Assembly: GCA_045106895.1 (NCBI GenBank)
Contig: JBGCFM010000025.1
Location: 21,528 to 85,527 of the forward strand
Direction: 5' to 3'
From: Polyangiales bacterium
Lineage (GTDB): Bacteria; Myxococcota_A; Polyangia; Polyangiales; Houyiibacteriaceae
DNA length: 64,000 bases
Shown here: piece after piece, positions 44,841-56,381 of the stretch
How positions within the stretch are numbered: the first letter of the stretch is position 1
Layout: the number at the start of each line of letters is the position of its first letter
The notes under the pieces: generated by a model
The model's input: only the letters and a program-made list of their open reading frames with translations
The model's database searches: none
Told to the model about the DNA's origin: nothing
Translations under genes and position numbers: made by a program

Positions 44841-46910
44841 ATGTCTCCACAGGTTCTCGGCCGCTACGAACTCCTCCGCGAGATCGCCTCGGGCGGTATG
44901 GCGACGGTGTATGCCGCGCGGGCCGCGGGTGCAGGAGGGTTTCAGAAGCTCGTCGCCGTCAAACGCATGCTCCCCCACATGACGAGCGAGCAGCGTTTCA
45001 AGGACATGTTTCTTGATGAAGCGCGTCTGACCGCAAACATTCGCTCTCCCTACGCCGTCGCCACGTTGGACCTCGGCGAAGCGGAGGATGGTTCTCTCTA
45101 CCTGGTTATGGACCTTGTGATCGGGTCCTCATTCGCGGAGATCCTGCGCGGCGCCATCAAGCAGGGGCGTGTACTTCCGATCCCTGCGGTCGTTGAAATC
45201 GTTCAGCAGGCCGCACGCGGTTTGCATGACGCCCACGAGGCCACCACCCCCCTCGGCGAGCCACTGCACATCGTCCACCGTGACGTCAGTCCGCAGAACA
45301 TCCTTGTGGGAATCGATGGGGCTTCGCGAATCACGGATTTTGGTGTGGCCCACGCCCTCGAGCGAATCACGAAGACCAAGGGTCGAAACATCAAGGGCAA
45401 GCTCGCTTACTGCTCGCCTGAGCAAGCTCGGGGAGATGCCCTCGATGCACGAAGTGACGTTTTCGCACTCGGCATCGTTCTCTGGGAAGGGCTCACGCAC
45501 CGGCGCCTCTTCAAAGGCAAGTCGACAACGGAGACCATCACGGCGCTGTTGAGCGCAGAGATTCCCGACCCGCGCACTCTTCGACCAGAGATCCCAGCTC
45601 GCCTCGCCACCGTCGTTCAGACAGCACTCCAAAGAAATCCCGAGGAGCGCTATCAAAGCGCCCTGGAGTTCGCCGAGGATCTCCGGCGGGCCGTGGAAGA
45701 GCACGTGCGAACGGAAGACCTCCGGGACTTGGTCAAGCTCATCGCCGGCGATCACATCGCTGAGCTCGTGACCGACATTCGATCCGCCATCGAGGCGAGT
45801 TCAACGCCCGCCAGTCGAACCTGGGATGACAGCCCGACGAAGCTCGACGGGTCTCCGGCGCCGATGCACGAATCCCGCTCCCAAGCGTCGACGCTCGATT
45901 CCCTCAAGCAGACCGGTCGGTTTCTAGCCCGTCCTCCATCGGAGGCGATGATGGCCGCGTCGGAGCCTTCATTCCAGACCATCCCCGCGCTTGCCAACTT
46001 CTCCTCAAGCTTCGAAGGGCCAGGGCCCGTCCAGCCTCCGGTGGCTCCCGCGCCAACACCAAGTCCCGCGCCCGCTCCAGTTTCGCATGAAACCAGGGCA
46101 ACCTTTGACCCCGTACCAACGGCTCCCGCCGCTGCAGCATCTCGTGGCAAGTGGGCGTTGGTTCTTCTTCTTGTATGCGTGGCCTCTGCTGCCGTGACGG
46201 CGCCGCTGCTTTACTGGCTCCTCGGTTCCACCACGCCGGAGAGCATTGAGAACGTCGTTCCACCTCCGTCGAGTGAGGTCGCGCCGTCCCCAATTGCGAC
46301 GGCACCCCCTCTGGGCCTCGATGCGCCGGCGGAAGAGCCAGCGGTACTTCTCGCGCCCGGCTTCGAGCCACGGCTGTGGAGAACAGAAGGGCAAGCCGGC
46401 GGCTCAGGTGCCGCCCGTGAATTCTCCTCGTCGTGCACCGGCTACGTGGCTGAGCAGCCACAGCACATCATCGAATTGGAGACCGCTTTTTCCCGTCTTC
46501 GTATCTTCGTTCACAGCGATATGAATACGAGCCTCGTGGTTCGCTCGTCGAGCGGGGCTGTCTACTGCAACGACGACGCGGAGGGACTCAACCCCCTCGT
46601 CGACCAAGCGTTTGCCGCTGGGCGCTACGAGATCTTCGTGGCCAGCCCGCTCCCATCGCAACACCCGAACTACACCCTCGGCATCACGGAGTATGGCGAG
46701 TATTCACCAAGGTCGTTTCAGCCTGCGCAACCCTCATCGATGCGGGCCCACGCTCGCCCACCGAGGCGAGCGTCGCGGATGGCCGCCGAACGCGCCGAGG
46801 GAGCGGAAGTCGTCGACCCGTGGGTAAGTGGAGAGGAGGATGTGGCACCCTCGCCCCCACCAGCGCGCCAAGAACAAAGCGTCACCCCTCGGGCTCCGAT
46901 TCTCCGGTGA
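44841..46910 (+). CDS. Transmembrane Ser/Thr protein kinase with extracytoplasmic PPC-like domain
   Basis: GGMATVY, VAVK, HRDVSPQN, DFG and YCSPE; one TM segment; CTGY...SLVV...YCNDDAEGLNP...GRYEIFV. Confidence 0.92.
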   Translation: MSPQVLGRYELLREIASGGMATVYAARAAGAGGFQKLVAVKRMLPHMTSEQRFKDMFLDEARLTANIRSPYAVATLDLGEAEDGSLYLVMDLVIGSSFAEILRGAIKQGRVLPIPAVVEIVQQAARGLHDAHEATTPLGEPLHIVHRDVSPQNILVGIDGASRITDFGVAHALERITKTKGRNIKGKLAYCSPEQARGDALDARSDVFALGIVLWEGLTHRRLFKGKSTTETITALLSAEIPDPRTLRPEIPARLATVVQTALQRNPEERYQSALEFAEDLRRAVEEHVRTEDLRDLVKLIAGDHIAELVTDIRSAIEASSTPASRTWDDSPTKLDGSPAPMHESRSQASTLDSLKQTGRFLARPPSEAMMAASEPSFQTIPALANFSSSFEGPGPVQPPVAPAPTPSPAPAPVSHETRATFDPVPTAPAAAASRGKWALVLLLVCVASAAVTAPLLYWLLGSTTPESIENVVPPPSSEVAPSPIATAPPLGLDAPAEEPAVLLAPGFEPRLWRTEGQAGGSGAAREFSSSCTGYVAEQPQHIIELETAFSRLRIFVHSDMNTSLVVRSSSGAVYCNDDAEGLNPLVDQAFAAGRYEIFVASPLPSQHPNYTLGITEYGEYSPRSFQPAQPSSMRAHARPPRRASRMAAERAEGAEVVDPWVSGEEDVAPSPPPARQEQSVTPRAPILR

Positions 46911-47045
46911 GGGCTTGGCGCATCCCCTATTTGGCGTGTAGCGGACTCGACCTCTCGTGCATGGTGGGTTGACGCCCCACCACATTCGAGACATAAGGCC
47001 GTCCCCACCGCGTAAAAAAGCCGCGGAAAGACGAGGAAAACCCCT

Positions 47046-47348
47046 ATGAAGCCCGATATCCATCCAGTCTGCCACCCCGTCGTTTTCATTGACGACGAGT
47101 TTGAAGTGATCTCTAAGTCCACCATGACCTCCGGCGAAACCCGCGAGATCGACGGCGTCGAGCACTACATCATCAAGGTCGACATCAGCGCGTTCAGCCA
47201 TCCTTTCTACACCGGCAAAGAGAAGGTCATGGACACCGAGGGCCGCGTCGAGCGCTTCAAGAAGCGATACGGCAAGAAGAAGGCCGCTGCTCCAGCCGCC
47301 GAAGCTGCGCCAGCTGCCGATGCAGCACCCGCCGCCGACGCCGAGTAA
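47046..47348 (+). CDS. rpmE2: 50S ribosomal protein L31 type B (no CxxC motifs)
   Basis: [20 protein letters not shown] and [13 protein letters not shown]; Ala/Pro tail. Confidence 0.93.
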   Translation: MKPDIHPVCHPVVFIDDEFEVISKSTMTSGETREIDGVEHYIIKVDISAFSHPFYTGKEKVMDTEGRVERFKKRYGKKKAAAPAAEAAPAADAAPAADAE

Positions 47349-47363
47349 GCTCACGCGACAAAG

Positions 47364-47394
47364 AAAAGAAGCGACCTCTTGGGGTCGCTTTTTT
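47364..47394. terminator. Bidirectional intrinsic terminator
   Basis: AAAAGAAGCGACC-N6-GGTCGCTTTTTT between convergent genes. Confidence 0.85.
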
Positions 47395-47405
47395 CGTTCC
47401 GTCGC

Positions 47406-49363
<1,958 letters not shown>

Positions 49364-49417
49364 TCGCTCGTAGAAGCCTTCTCCTCAGAAAAAAACACTG
49401 TTCGATACGGTTGATTC

Positions 49418-49600
49418 TCATCTCTCAAGGAGTGGGGCACCTTGCATGTCTGAGCCCCACACCGCTCCACGTGCGCGTAGGTATCGAGGGAAGATACCTG
49501 GTGTCGCCGGATCGGGGCGGCGATACAAAGCAGGCCGAATCGCCGTGGGCCCAGCCGTGCCCACCGCGAACCGGTCGCCTACTTCGTTGCTAGGGCGAAC
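49418..49600 (+). ncRNA. Candidate structured small RNA (family unknown)
   Basis: Five closely packed hairpins, G-U pairs favouring the + strand, and a TACGGT box at 49406-49411. Confidence 0.4.
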
Positions 49601-49608
49601 GCCGAGTT

Positions 49609-50016
49609 CTAAGCCGACGCCTCGGCGTACGAGCGAATTCGTTTGATCATGGAATGCAGACCGTTGCTTCGACCGGGCGTCAGGTGCTTGTCGAGGCCCA
49701 GTTCCGTGAGCAGCGCGTCCATGTCGAAAGCGCTCACTTCGCTAGGCGTTTTTCCCTCGAAGGCAAGGCGTACGAGAGCGACCAATCCCTTCACGATGTG
49801 CGCGTCGCTGTCCGCCTGGAAGTACATGTGTCCGTCACGCGTCTCGGCGGCGAGCCACACTTGGCTTAGGCAGCCCTTCACCTTGTGGGCTTTGTCCCGA
49901 AGGTCTTCGGGGTAGGGCGGCAACTCGCCGCCTAGTTCGATGAGAAACCCGTAGCGATCCGACCAATCGTCGAGAAGCTCAAAGGTGTCGCGGACGTCGT
50001 CGAGGCTAGTACTCAT
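49609..50016 (-). CDS. sufE: SufE family Fe-S cluster sulfur acceptor
   Basis: DWSDRYGFLIELG, VKGCLSQVW, DSDAHIVKGL and HLTPGRSNGL. Confidence 0.92.
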   Translation of the reverse strand: MSTSLDDVRDTFELLDDWSDRYGFLIELGGELPPYPEDLRDKAHKVKGCLSQVWLAAETRDGHMYFQADSDAHIVKGLVALVRLAFEGKTPSEVSAFDMDALLTELGLDKHLTPGRSNGLHSMIKRIRSYAEASA

Positions 50017-51926
50017 TATCGACGGGAGCGACGGGTTCGGCGCACTTGACGAATGGCGGCCGCTTCGTTGGCGATTCGCCCGTTGAAGGGTTCAGCGATG
50101 GGATCCGCGGTCTCGTGGATGATCTCGATGGCGACCTGCGGGGTGAGGTTGGCATCCAAAGAGTAGAGCTTCGCCGCAAGGTTCGCGACGTTCGGCGACG
50201 CCATGGACGTTCCAGAGAGAGGCACGGTGCTCCCGTCGGGGATGAGGCTTGGCACGCTGACGCCGAAATCGAAGACGCGGACGCGGTCCGGGTTTGAGTT
50301 CGTGAACGTCGCCCACTGCCCGTAGGTGTCGACGGCGCCGACGACGAGGACGTTGTCGCGCTCGGTGCTCGCAGGAACGACGCCGTACTCGACGACGTCC
50401 TGGTTGCTGTTACCGGCGGCGACAACAAAGAGGGTGTTCGGGCAGAGCTCGAAGACGCGCTCCCAGGTTGCACCACGGTGTGCTTGAACGACATGCGCTC
50501 GGGCCATCACTTCGTCGTTGTTGCTGTAGGTCTCGCTCTCGTGCCGAAGTTCGTTGGCGACGTATTCGAGGCTGAAACCAAGGCTCGCGTTGACGACTTT
50601 GACGCCGTGGGTGTTGATGTAGGCCGCGATGTGCTCGACGTTCGCGCGCTCTGCGGCGAGCTCTTCGTCGGTGGGCCCACGGTGGTGGTAGATGCGTGCC
50701 TCACCGGCCCAAGCGCTGCGGAAGATCGACATGCGCGCCTGAGGAACTCCAGCGAGCATGATGCCGGCGACGTGCGTTCCGTGGGCCCACTCGCCGACAG
50801 CGCTCAGGTTCGTATTGAGGTCTTCCAGTGCTTCCTGGCTCGTCGCGCCGCGCATGAGGCCCAAGACCTGCTGGGCGGGTTCGCTCGTGGCGAGGCCAGC
50901 GCGGAGGTCCATGATGCCCTGGAGGAACGGTGTGTACTGCGTGAGCGTCTCTTGCGAAGGCTGAAAGAGCAGCGCTTGGTGCGTGTAGACACCCGTGTCC
51001 TGAACGACGCCATGAATATCGTCGACGAGACCGTTGCCGTCGTCATCTTCCTGGTTCTCTTGCTCGTTTTCGTTGGTGTAGAGCTGCTCGGAGAAAAGCT
51101 CAGGGTTCGTGCCCACATCCCACACCGCGACGTTGACAGGGTTGGCGTCGCGGGCTCGCGTCAGGTCCACCGTGGAAAAGGCGTATTCGCTCGGAGCACG
51201 CTGGCTCTCGTGTTCGCCTCCCACGATTTCGATGGCCGCCAAGAAGTGTTCTCGGTTCGCCACAATGCCGGGGAGGATCTGCTCGAAGTAGAGCGCGCCG
51301 GATGCCGTATCGAGGGAGATGAGCTGCTGCTGGATCTGCGCAAGCTGCGCGTCGAGCTGCTCCTGCCCCTGGAAGATCTGGAAGATGACCGTCGAGGAGC
51401 CAAGACGCGTGCGCGGCAGTTCGCGGAAGACGCCCGCGATACCCTCGCGGGGGTCGGCTTCGTTGCGTCGTCGCGCGATCTCCGAGAGCAGCGTGTTGCC
51501 CATGAAGGCTTGGTTTCGGTTGGCGGCTTTTGCGCGGACCAAACGAATGATGCCTTCGCCGCGGTCGAGGTCACCCTTGGCGACGGCGACGGCAGCGAGC
51601 TCCGAGAGACGTTCACTCGCGCGCCCACCGATGGCGGGTGCCGAGTCGGGGGCTGCGAGCCACGCGTCGAGGGCTGCCGCGTTGGCTCCTTCTTGAACTT
51701 CGCTAAGTCCGGCCAAGGCTCCAGCTTCGACGTAGTCGCGGAGCGCTTCGCCGGTCATCGCCGTCCATGGGTTGACCTCCGGGGTCTCCACCACGGTCTC
51801 CACGCTCGTCTCGTCGAGCTCAGCATGTTCGACGGGCGGGGCAGACGACCCGCAGGCCATCACCCCAGCCAATACAAACGGTTGTGCTTTCGCAAGCAGG
51901 TCTCGAAGCGTCGTCGTCGTGTTCAT
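50016..51926 (-). CDS. S8 (subtilisin-like) serine peptidase lipoprotein
   Basis: Lipobox VMAC; catalytic WDVG, HGTHVAG, AAGN and GTSMASP. Confidence 0.9.
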   Translation of the reverse strand: MNTTTTLRDLLAKAQPFVLAGVMACGSSAPPVEHAELDETSVETVVETPEVNPWTAMTGEALRDYVEAGALAGLSEVQEGANAAALDAWLAAPDSAPAIGGRASERLSELAAVAVAKGDLDRGEGIIRLVRAKAANRNQAFMGNTLLSEIARRRNEADPREGIAGVFRELPRTRLGSSTVIFQIFQGQEQLDAQLAQIQQQLISLDTASGALYFEQILPGIVANREHFLAAIEIVGGEHESQRAPSEYAFSTVDLTRARDANPVNVAVWDVGTNPELFSEQLYTNENEQENQEDDDGNGLVDDIHGVVQDTGVYTHQALLFQPSQETLTQYTPFLQGIMDLRAGLATSEPAQQVLGLMRGATSQEALEDLNTNLSAVGEWAHGTHVAGIMLAGVPQARMSIFRSAWAGEARIYHHRGPTDEELAAERANVEHIAAYINTHGVKVVNASLGFSLEYVANELRHESETYSNNDEVMARAHVVQAHRGATWERVFELCPNTLFVVAAGNSNQDVVEYGVVPASTERDNVLVVGAVDTYGQWATFTNSNPDRVRVFDFGVSVPSLIPDGSTVPLSGTSMASPNVANLAAKLYSLDANLTPQVAIEIIHETADPIAEPFNGRIANEAAAIRQVRRTRRSRR

Positions 51927-51992
51927 GGCGGCGAGCTTGGGACATCTTGTGGACGTCATCAACCCGCCGCGAGAACCCTTCGGTCCCTGAGA

Positions 51993-52868
51993 TTAGGGAG
52001 CGGCGGTGGGTCGACCGGTGGCGTCTTCAATGGCTCGCATCATCGACTCGGCGCTGTCAAAGCGGTGCTCCGGGTCTTTGGCGAGGGCACGTGCGATGAC
52101 CGTATCGATCTGCGGAGGGAGCGTCTGGGAGTATTCCAGGAGAGAGCGAGGTGTCTCTTCCATGATCGCTGCGCCAAGCTCCGCGAGGGTGTTGCCGCGG
52201 AAGGGAGGTGCGCCCGCCAGGAGCTGGTACAAGACGGCGCCGGTGGCGTAGAGATCGACGCGGTGGTCCGCTTCGTCCGGCCGAAGAATCTGTTCCGGCG
52301 CGACGTGAGTCAGGCTCGCGACCATCGAACGCTTCTCGCTCATCGTGCTGCTTCGCGACGCACCAAGGTCTTTGGCGAAGGCAAACGAACCGAGCTTGAG
52401 CGCTTCTTCACCGTTCCATTTTTCGGTCACCACGATGTTGTGGGCGGAGATGTCGCGGTGGAAGATCTTTCGATGGTGAATGTAGGAGACCGCGCTCAAG
52501 AGCTGCTCCGCGATCCGCGTTACCGACGACAGGTCAAATGGTCCGAGGAAGGTCGAGCGCTGCGCAAGGGTCTGACCTTCGAGGTACTCCAGCGCCATAT
52601 AAGGAAAGCGCTCATACATGCCCATGTCGTGAATATCCACGATGTTGGGGTGATGCATCATGCTCAGCATTCGACCCGAGCGCCGAAAGCGTCGGAGCGC
52701 TGAGTCACTCTCAGAGCAGAGGAGCTGCAGCGTCACGTTGCGCCCCATCAAGAGGTGCTTTGCCGTGTAGGTCGCCGTGCCGCCTTCGGCTTCGACGAGT
52801 TGACTGATTCGATATCGTCCTTCGACGATTTCTCCAGGCTCTAGTCGATTCGGCGGCGTCCGTGACAT
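51993..52868 (-). CDS. Stand-alone Ser/Thr kinase-like protein, probable pseudokinase
   Basis: HPNIV, HRDISAHN, VAPEQ and DLYATG are present, but VAIK is VTLQ and DFG is SFA. Confidence 0.8.
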   Translation of the reverse strand: MSRTPPNRLEPGEIVEGRYRISQLVEAEGGTATYTAKHLLMGRNVTLQLLCSESDSALRRFRRSGRMLSMMHHPNIVDIHDMGMYERFPYMALEYLEGQTLAQRSTFLGPFDLSSVTRIAEQLLSAVSYIHHRKIFHRDISAHNIVVTEKWNGEEALKLGSFAFAKDLGASRSSTMSEKRSMVASLTHVAPEQILRPDEADHRVDLYATGAVLYQLLAGAPPFRGNTLAELGAAIMEETPRSLLEYSQTLPPQIDTVIARALAKDPEHRFDSAESMMRAIEDATGRPTAAP

Positions 52869-52896
52869 CTGCGCCGGCAGTGTCTCTCAAACAACC

Positions 52897-53787
52897 TTAT
52901 ATGCGCAACTCTTGTGGTGATTCCCATTGTTCGCCGGCGACGAAACGACCGCGTTCATTTCGTTCGATTCTTGCCATCGCAACATCCACATCATGGGTGA
53001 AAAAGAGGCGTCCGCCGCGGGACACCAGGTCCTCAAGGAGTGCCGTTTTTTCCTCGATAAGGCGCTCCGGAAATCGGTCGTATCCCATCGTGATGGCCGC
53101 GTGAATCCAGGGCATTCCGGGGACTAAGTCGCCGGCGAAGACGATGGGGCCCTCGTCGCTTGGGATCTCCGTGAGTACGAGCCCCGGCGTGTGCCCCTCC
53201 GATTGGTGAAAGCGATATTGAGGTCCGAGGGTCACCGACTCTTCGCCGGTGGCGCGTTCTAGACGCCCGCTCTCTTCCAGCAGGGTCTGCAACTCCGGGA
53301 TAAAAGATGCCCGGTCCCGCGCATGCGGCTTGATGGCGCGCTCCCACGCCGTGTCCCCCACCACGTAACGCGCGTTTGGAAAGACAAGGGAGTAAGGTTG
53401 TCCTTCCGCGAAGGCGGAAAGCAGGCCCCCAGCGTGGTCGAAGTGAAGGTGGGAGAGGACAACGACGTCGATGTCCTCCGGGGTGAAGCCGAGCGTTTCG
53501 AGGTTCTGCAGCAACACGTGCTCGCTCTCCTCAACGCCGAAGCGCTGCCGGAGTTTGGGTGGAAAGAACGCGCCAATGCCCGCCTCAAAGAGGATTCGTC
53601 GTTTGCTCGACACCCCCTCATGGACGTCGTTCTCTTCGATCAACATCGCCCGACAGGCGAGCGCGATGCGGTTGTGCTCGTCCGGCTTTGCCCAGCGCTC
53701 CCACAATGCCCGAGGGGCGTTGCCAAACATTGCGCCTCCATCAAGCCGCTGTGTGTTTCCGTCGACGGCCCAAAGCGTACGTTCCAT
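52897..53787 (-). CDS. MBL-fold metallo-hydrolase (YtnP-like)
   Basis: [32 protein letters not shown] and FTHD. Confidence 0.92.
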   Translation of the reverse strand: MERTLWAVDGNTQRLDGGAMFGNAPRALWERWAKPDEHNRIALACRAMLIEENDVHEGVSSKRRILFEAGIGAFFPPKLRQRFGVEESEHVLLQNLETLGFTPEDIDVVVLSHLHFDHAGGLLSAFAEGQPYSLVFPNARYVVGDTAWERAIKPHARDRASFIPELQTLLEESGRLERATGEESVTLGPQYRFHQSEGHTPGLVLTEIPSDEGPIVFAGDLVPGMPWIHAAITMGYDRFPERLIEEKTALLEDLVSRGGRLFFTHDVDVAMARIERNERGRFVAGEQWESPQELRI

Positions 53788-53845
53788 GCGTGCACCCTAG
53801 CTCGAACAAGGTGCATCCGCGCCCGCCGCGGTCAGGAAATGTCCC

Positions 53846-54556
53846 GTGACCCCACTCGCTTCCGCTATGGTCGGAGAGGGGGATGCGTTGAAGGGACAGG
53901 CGATGGTGGTGGTGCGGGAGGTCTTGCATGGGGTGCTCACCCCTGCTCTCGCGCAGTCGCTGCTCTTTGACGCCCTCGATACCCTCCCCAAGCCACCGGA
54001 GGAGGTAGAAGAGTGGCTCGCCTTTGCTCAAGGGCCCCTTCACCAGTTGGTGACGCGCCGCGTGGGTATGGTCGAAGCGGCGGAAGTGAGCGAGCGCGTG
54101 CACACGATCCTCAGCGCCATGCTCAGCTCACCCGCCGCCGCGCGGAGAGCCTCGGAGGCGACGAGTCGCTTTGAACGCCGGGCTGGGCCCACGCGCGTGC
54201 TTGTGCTGGCACCTTCGCCGCGCCTCGCACGCATGCTCAAAGCCGTGCTGGGGCCCAAAGTGGCCACGATGTCCGTGACCGACGTCCCCTCGTACAACGA
54301 CGTGGTCCATCAGCTCGGTCCTTCGATCTTTCTCATCGACCTTACGGAGCAGATGAACGTCGAAGTCGTCGGGGCCATCGAAGGGGCTCTTGCCGAGCTT
54401 CCCGCTCAGGCGCTCGTGCTCATCTGGGACCAAGGGACACAGCAAGGAAAGGTGCTCGCGCGCACTCTCGGAGGCTGCGGTCACTCTGTCGCCTGGGTCG
54501 ATCGCCGCGAAGGGGTGGAGCCCCTCCTCGACCACATTCGCGCCCGATCCCTCTAA
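53846..54556 (+). CDS. Hypothetical protein with degenerate receiver-like C-terminal half
   Basis: Fills the intergenic gap with coding bias; alpha/beta pattern RVLVL...PSIFLID...VLIW. Start uncertain. Confidence 0.55.
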   Translation: MTPLASAMVGEGDALKGQAMVVVREVLHGVLTPALAQSLLFDALDTLPKPPEEVEEWLAFAQGPLHQLVTRRVGMVEAAEVSERVHTILSAMLSSPAAARRASEATSRFERRAGPTRVLVLAPSPRLARMLKAVLGPKVATMSVTDVPSYNDVVHQLGPSIFLIDLTEQMNVEVVGAIEGALAELPAQALVLIWDQGTQQGKVLARTLGGCGHSVAWVDRREGVEPLLDHIRARSL

Positions 54557-54739
54557 GTGTTTGTAATTGCTTGATTCTGTGCGCGCTCGGGATCAAGTGC
54601 GAATACTTTTTCCCCAAACCATGGTCCCGCGCCTTGCATCCGCCCGGATGATCCTTCAGGCTCGGCGCCCCTTCACGATGTAGGCAATTGAGCGGGTTTT
54701 CCGCATTCCTAAAGCGTTGTAGGTAAAAGAGGCGACAAG

Positions 54740-55045
54740 ATGGCGAGTGCATGCAAAATCGCGCAGAACAAAAAGCGCATCAAACTGGCAGCAAAGTACG
54801 CGGAAAAGCGTGCGAAGCTGAAGGCCACGATCCGGAACACGGAACTGGACGACGACGTACGCTACGAAGCGCAGATCGCTCTTCAGAAGCTTCCTCGCAA
54901 CTCTAACCCGGTTCGCATCCGCAACCGCTGTCAGGTGACAGGACGTCCACGCGGTTACTACCGTAAGTTCGCCATGTCCCGCATCGCCATTCGCGACTTC
55001 GGTCTCAGTGGTCAGATCCCCGGCCTCACGAAGTCGAGCTGGTAG
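54740..55045 (+). CDS. rpsN: 30S ribosomal protein S14 (long, non-zinc form)
   Basis: 101 aa; [25 protein letters not shown]...GLTKSSW. Confidence 0.96.
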   Translation: MASACKIAQNKKRIKLAAKYAEKRAKLKATIRNTELDDDVRYEAQIALQKLPRNSNPVRIRNRCQVTGRPRGYYRKFAMSRIAIRDFGLSGQIPGLTKSSW

Positions 55046-55055
55046 GAGTACTAAG

Positions 55056-55229
55056 ATGTCCCGCGACAAAATCCGACTCGTCTCGTCCGCTGGTACTGGC
55101 TACACGTACTACACGACGAAAAACAAGCGCACCATGCCCGGCAAACTCTCGCTGATGAAGTTCGACCCCCGTGCTCGCAAGCACGTGGAGTTTAACGAAG
55201 CGAAGATGCCTAGTCATTCCAAGAAGTAA
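55056..55229 (+). CDS. rpmG: 50S ribosomal protein L33 (non-zinc form)
   Basis: [23 protein letters not shown]...KFDP..RKHVEF; SD AGGAG. Confidence 0.96.
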   Translation: MSRDKIRLVSSAGTGYTYYTTKNKRTMPGKLSLMKFDPRARKHVEFNEAKMPSHSKK

Positions 55230-55238
55230 GGCACTCAG

Positions 55239-55475
55239 ATGTCCAAAGTTTGCGTAGTTACGGGCAAGGGCCCAATGGTCGGGAACAAGGTTTCCCACTC
55301 CAACCGTAAGACGAAGAAGCGCACGCTTCCGAATCTTCAGTCTCACCGATTCTTTGTTCCCAACGAAAACCGTTGGGTGAAGCTTCGTGTCTCCACCGCT
55401 GGTATCCGAACCATCGACAAGCGCGGCATTGACGCTGTGCTTCGTGACCTTCGCGCAAAGGGCGTCAAGGTCTGA
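55239..55475 (+). CDS. rpmB: 50S ribosomal protein L28 (long, single-Cys form)
   Basis: [26 protein letters not shown]...GIRTIDK. Confidence 0.96.
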   Translation: MSKVCVVTGKGPMVGNKVSHSNRKTKKRTLPNLQSHRFFVPNENRWVKLRVSTAGIRTIDKRGIDAVLRDLRAKGVKV

Positions 55476-55544
55476 GTAGCGGCCTGCGCTTTGCGTAGGC
55501 TGGGTGTTGCGCGAAGCGCGCACACCACTCTCTCCGGGCGGACC

Positions 55545-55955
55545 ATGGCCGAGACGATCTTTTCGAAAATCTTGAGTGGCGAGATCCCTTGCCACCGAGT
55601 CTACGAAGACGAGCACGTTCTCGCGTTCTTGGACATTGGTCCCCTGAGCCGAGGCCACACTTTGGTCATTCCAAAGGAGCCTGCGGCCACACTCGATGCG
55701 CTCTCGGACGACGCATCGGCGGCCATTGGCCGTGTGCTTCCCCGCCTCTGTCGCGCGGTGAAGGCAGTGAGCGGATGTCAGGACTACAACGTCCTGCAAA
55801 ACAACGGAGCACCTGCTCATCAGGCGGTGTTCCATGTTCATTTTCACATCATCCCGAAGCCAGGTCCCGAAGCGGGTCTAGGCGTGAGCTGGCCCTCAGG
55901 GAAGCTCGATGATGGCGAAGCACTCGCCGCCTCCATCCGAGCGGAGCTGGCGTGA
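55545..55955 (+). CDS. HIT family nucleotide-binding protein
   Basis: TIFSKI, AFLDI.P..GHTLVIPK and QAVFHVHFHIIP. Confidence 0.93.
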   Translation: MAETIFSKILSGEIPCHRVYEDEHVLAFLDIGPLSRGHTLVIPKEPAATLDALSDDASAAIGRVLPRLCRAVKAVSGCQDYNVLQNNGAPAHQAVFHVHFHIIPKPGPEAGLGVSWPSGKLDDGEALAASIRAELA

Positions 55956-56287
55956 GCGACGAGTCCTGCGAAGGCGAGCATCACGGCGTCGAACACGCAG
56001 CGATCGCCCCTGAGGTTCTCGACCGCGCCGCGGCGATTTTCCGTGCTGCTGGCGACCCGGGCCGACTACGAATCCTGCACTGCCTGCTGCACGGAGCCCA
56101 CTGCGTCAGCGATCTCGCAGCGGAGCTTGAAGAAGGCATGTCGACGATTTCGCAACGCCTCAAGGTGCTACGGACAGAGCGCCTCGTCGTGCGGCGCCGC
56201 GAGGGAAAGCACATCTTCTACGCCTTGGAAGATGAGCATGTGTCCCACTTGGTGGCGTCTGCCCTCGAGCACGCCGCAGAGTCCTAG
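55952..56287 (+). CDS. ArsR/SmtB family metalloregulator with alpha5-type site
   Basis: DPGRLRIL, STISQRLKVLR and DEH-x10-H-x2-E; His/Cys-rich N-terminus; GTGA overlap with the HIT gene. Confidence 0.9.
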   Translation: MSDESCEGEHHGVEHAAIAPEVLDRAAAIFRAAGDPGRLRILHCLLHGAHCVSDLAAELEEGMSTISQRLKVLRTERLVVRRREGKHIFYALEDEHVSHLVASALEHAAES

Positions 56288-56381
56288 GCCCGAGCGCGCA
56301 CGGTCTTAATTCGAGGCTCGCAGGACCCGCGGGCCTTCAAGAGTCTTGCGCCCGTGCCTGCCCAAAGGCATTGTCACAGCT

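Noticed and set aside
49411..49646. Small + strand ORFs (60 and 66 aa) in the hemB-sufE gap
   Set aside because: Poor codon bias, no motifs, and one overlaps sufE; the region is better explained by RNA structure. A retron msr-msd was also considered, but there is no reverse transcriptase in the window.
50478..52703. 741-aa + strand ORF
   Set aside because: Antisense shadow of the S8 peptidase and the pseudokinase.
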